The position numbers and the translations under genes were made by a program. From NCBI GenBank assembly GCA_040954595.2, contig CM082594.2, forward strand, positions 3,457,319 through 3,521,318: a DNA stretch of 64,000 nt, read 5' to 3'. This DNA is from Balanoglossus misakiensis. Taxonomy: Eukaryota; Animalia; Hemichordata. Positions within the stretch are counted from its first letter, which is position 1, and each line of letters begins with the position of its first letter. Positions 62,364 to 64,000 of the stretch are shown one piece after another. The notes beneath the pieces were generated by a model, which worked only from the letters and a program-made list of their open reading frames with translations, ran no database searches and was not told the origin of the DNA.

Positions 62364-64000
62364 GTTGTTCTGAGTACAAAGAATAGTAAGATATAGGGGT
62401 TACCGGGTAGTCAAAGAGATGAAGCTATAGTAATGTGCACCACCAAAAATATAGGGCTCTGCCACCAGTTAACTTAGCTGAAGTGAAATGGTCCACTTTT
62501 GAAACCATGGCAACAAGTATTAACACCATCATGAAGTACTTCCTAGTTTCTGTCACTAATCATATGACTCGCCTACAATATTTCAACACATCTACAGCAT
62601 GATTGCCATACAACCATTGAACTCCAAGTCGGCATCTTACTCAGTTAGTGTATCCATGGGGCTACCACAAAATTATGGATCACTTCTAATTCTATTTCTG
62701 TAACAATATCATGGTACCTATATATTACAGATCGAGAACGTTTATCATGGATGGGTTGAAGCGAGTTCATTCACTGACAGGTGACGTGTGTTGAAGTTCT
62801 GATGAACATTGCCTCGGATTCGTAGCCCTACCTCCCCAGTGGTAATTACTGGACACACTGAGTCTGCTAAATTCGCATTGAATCGCGTACGTACGCCAGT
62901 ATGAAGAGACGAGACACACGGTAATCATCACACAGTCTGCACAGGCCTAGCCTGGGTACAACTGAAAACCATGACTGAAAACGAAAGAACCTCCACGAAG
63001 AACGCCCCCAAGCGACGAATCTTGCATTCTGTTGCATTGATTGGTCTTACGAAACGTATAGTAACAGAAGTGCAGTTTTTGACATACTTATCTGATAAAG
63101 TCAATTATTTATCAAATTTTCACCGGTTTTCAAAGATTAAAATTCCGTGGAGCAAATATTACCCAATAAAACTAGACAATTATTTTCCATTTTTGAAATA
63201 TGCTGCCTGTTTTATAAATTGTGTCTGTCAACGTTGAGCAATGGCAAATTACAAATTGTCGGTTTAAATGACACCTTTCCCATTGTCAGACAATCTGAAC
63301 TGCACTACTAAAGTACATGTATATTTTGGGGAAATAAACAGTGTTGTGAGGGTGTACGTTTTACACGATTTACACTGCTTGAAATAGCCCTTGCAGCACA
63401 TGATCAATAAATTACTAGGGAAATGCCCATCGAAGAGTCCGCTGCACACAAACAATGGTATAGTAGAGATAGAGATGAGCTGAAGCGCGTCCTTTACGCA
63501 TTCTATGATTAATAAGAAGCATACACGCTTCGTCGAGTTTGAGTTCGCAATTAACATGATTAACCGAGTGCGGCATGTAACAATGATGCAACTACATGTA
63601 TATACATTGCTCTAAATACCGTCTGACAATGTGAGACTGGGTCTCAGTACGCTCTCGACCCCCGGTCTCGACCTAGTCAGGGTGTTTCAAAAGTTGGACA
63701 GGGCCAATATAACTGACCCAAATGACCAGGGTAAAAACAACAACAAACGGACAAAAGAATCATAAAAAATACAGACTCAAAAGGACCCAACTTTACACTA
63801 ACACGGCCCAGAGCATTATGGTACCGGTTCAAACCGCCCAAAATGAGAAACAAGGCTTTACTTTTGCCACTTAAAGTTAGCATCGGTTGGGTGGGATGGT
63901 AAGTAGTCTAGATCTGCCCTGGTACACTAGACAAACCAGCCAATAAATGAAATGTGGCGAAGATTGAAGGGGGTGGGTGTGGGACGGTGTGTCCCCCTCC

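Noticed and set aside
62971-63237. 88-aa + strand ORF divergent from HSPBAP1
   Set aside because: No recognisable domain or convincing splice structure; likely repeat-derived or chance.

Overview
Animal genomic DNA with GT-AG introns and AT-rich intergenic sequence. It is probably from a marine invertebrate deuterostome (hemichordate-, echinoderm- or amphioxus-like; this is inference only). Five spliced protein-coding genes lie in tandem on the minus strand. From right to left they are: HSPBAP1 (JmjC); NDUFA8; TRAF3IP1/IFT54, with three candidate 15-24 nt microexons; a type-I membrane protein with Ser-Gly glycosaminoglycan sites, a SEA domain, two EGF domains and a TM helix; and a giant mucin that runs off the left edge. 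The mucin has a signal peptide, an unusual Cys-rich N-terminal module flanked by dibasic sites, one 11,859-bp exon of about 120 indel-free 99-bp repeats, and then EGF domains. The many long + strand ORFs over 1.6-13.6 kb are by-products of the repeat. Introns and intergenic DNA carry several small DNA-transposon derivatives (TTAA-, TA-, 7-bp- and 9-bp-TSD types), a LINE 3' remnant, and a strongly over-represented TACATGTA octamer. All exon models were built by eye from splice signals and phase continuity, with no transcript or database evidence.
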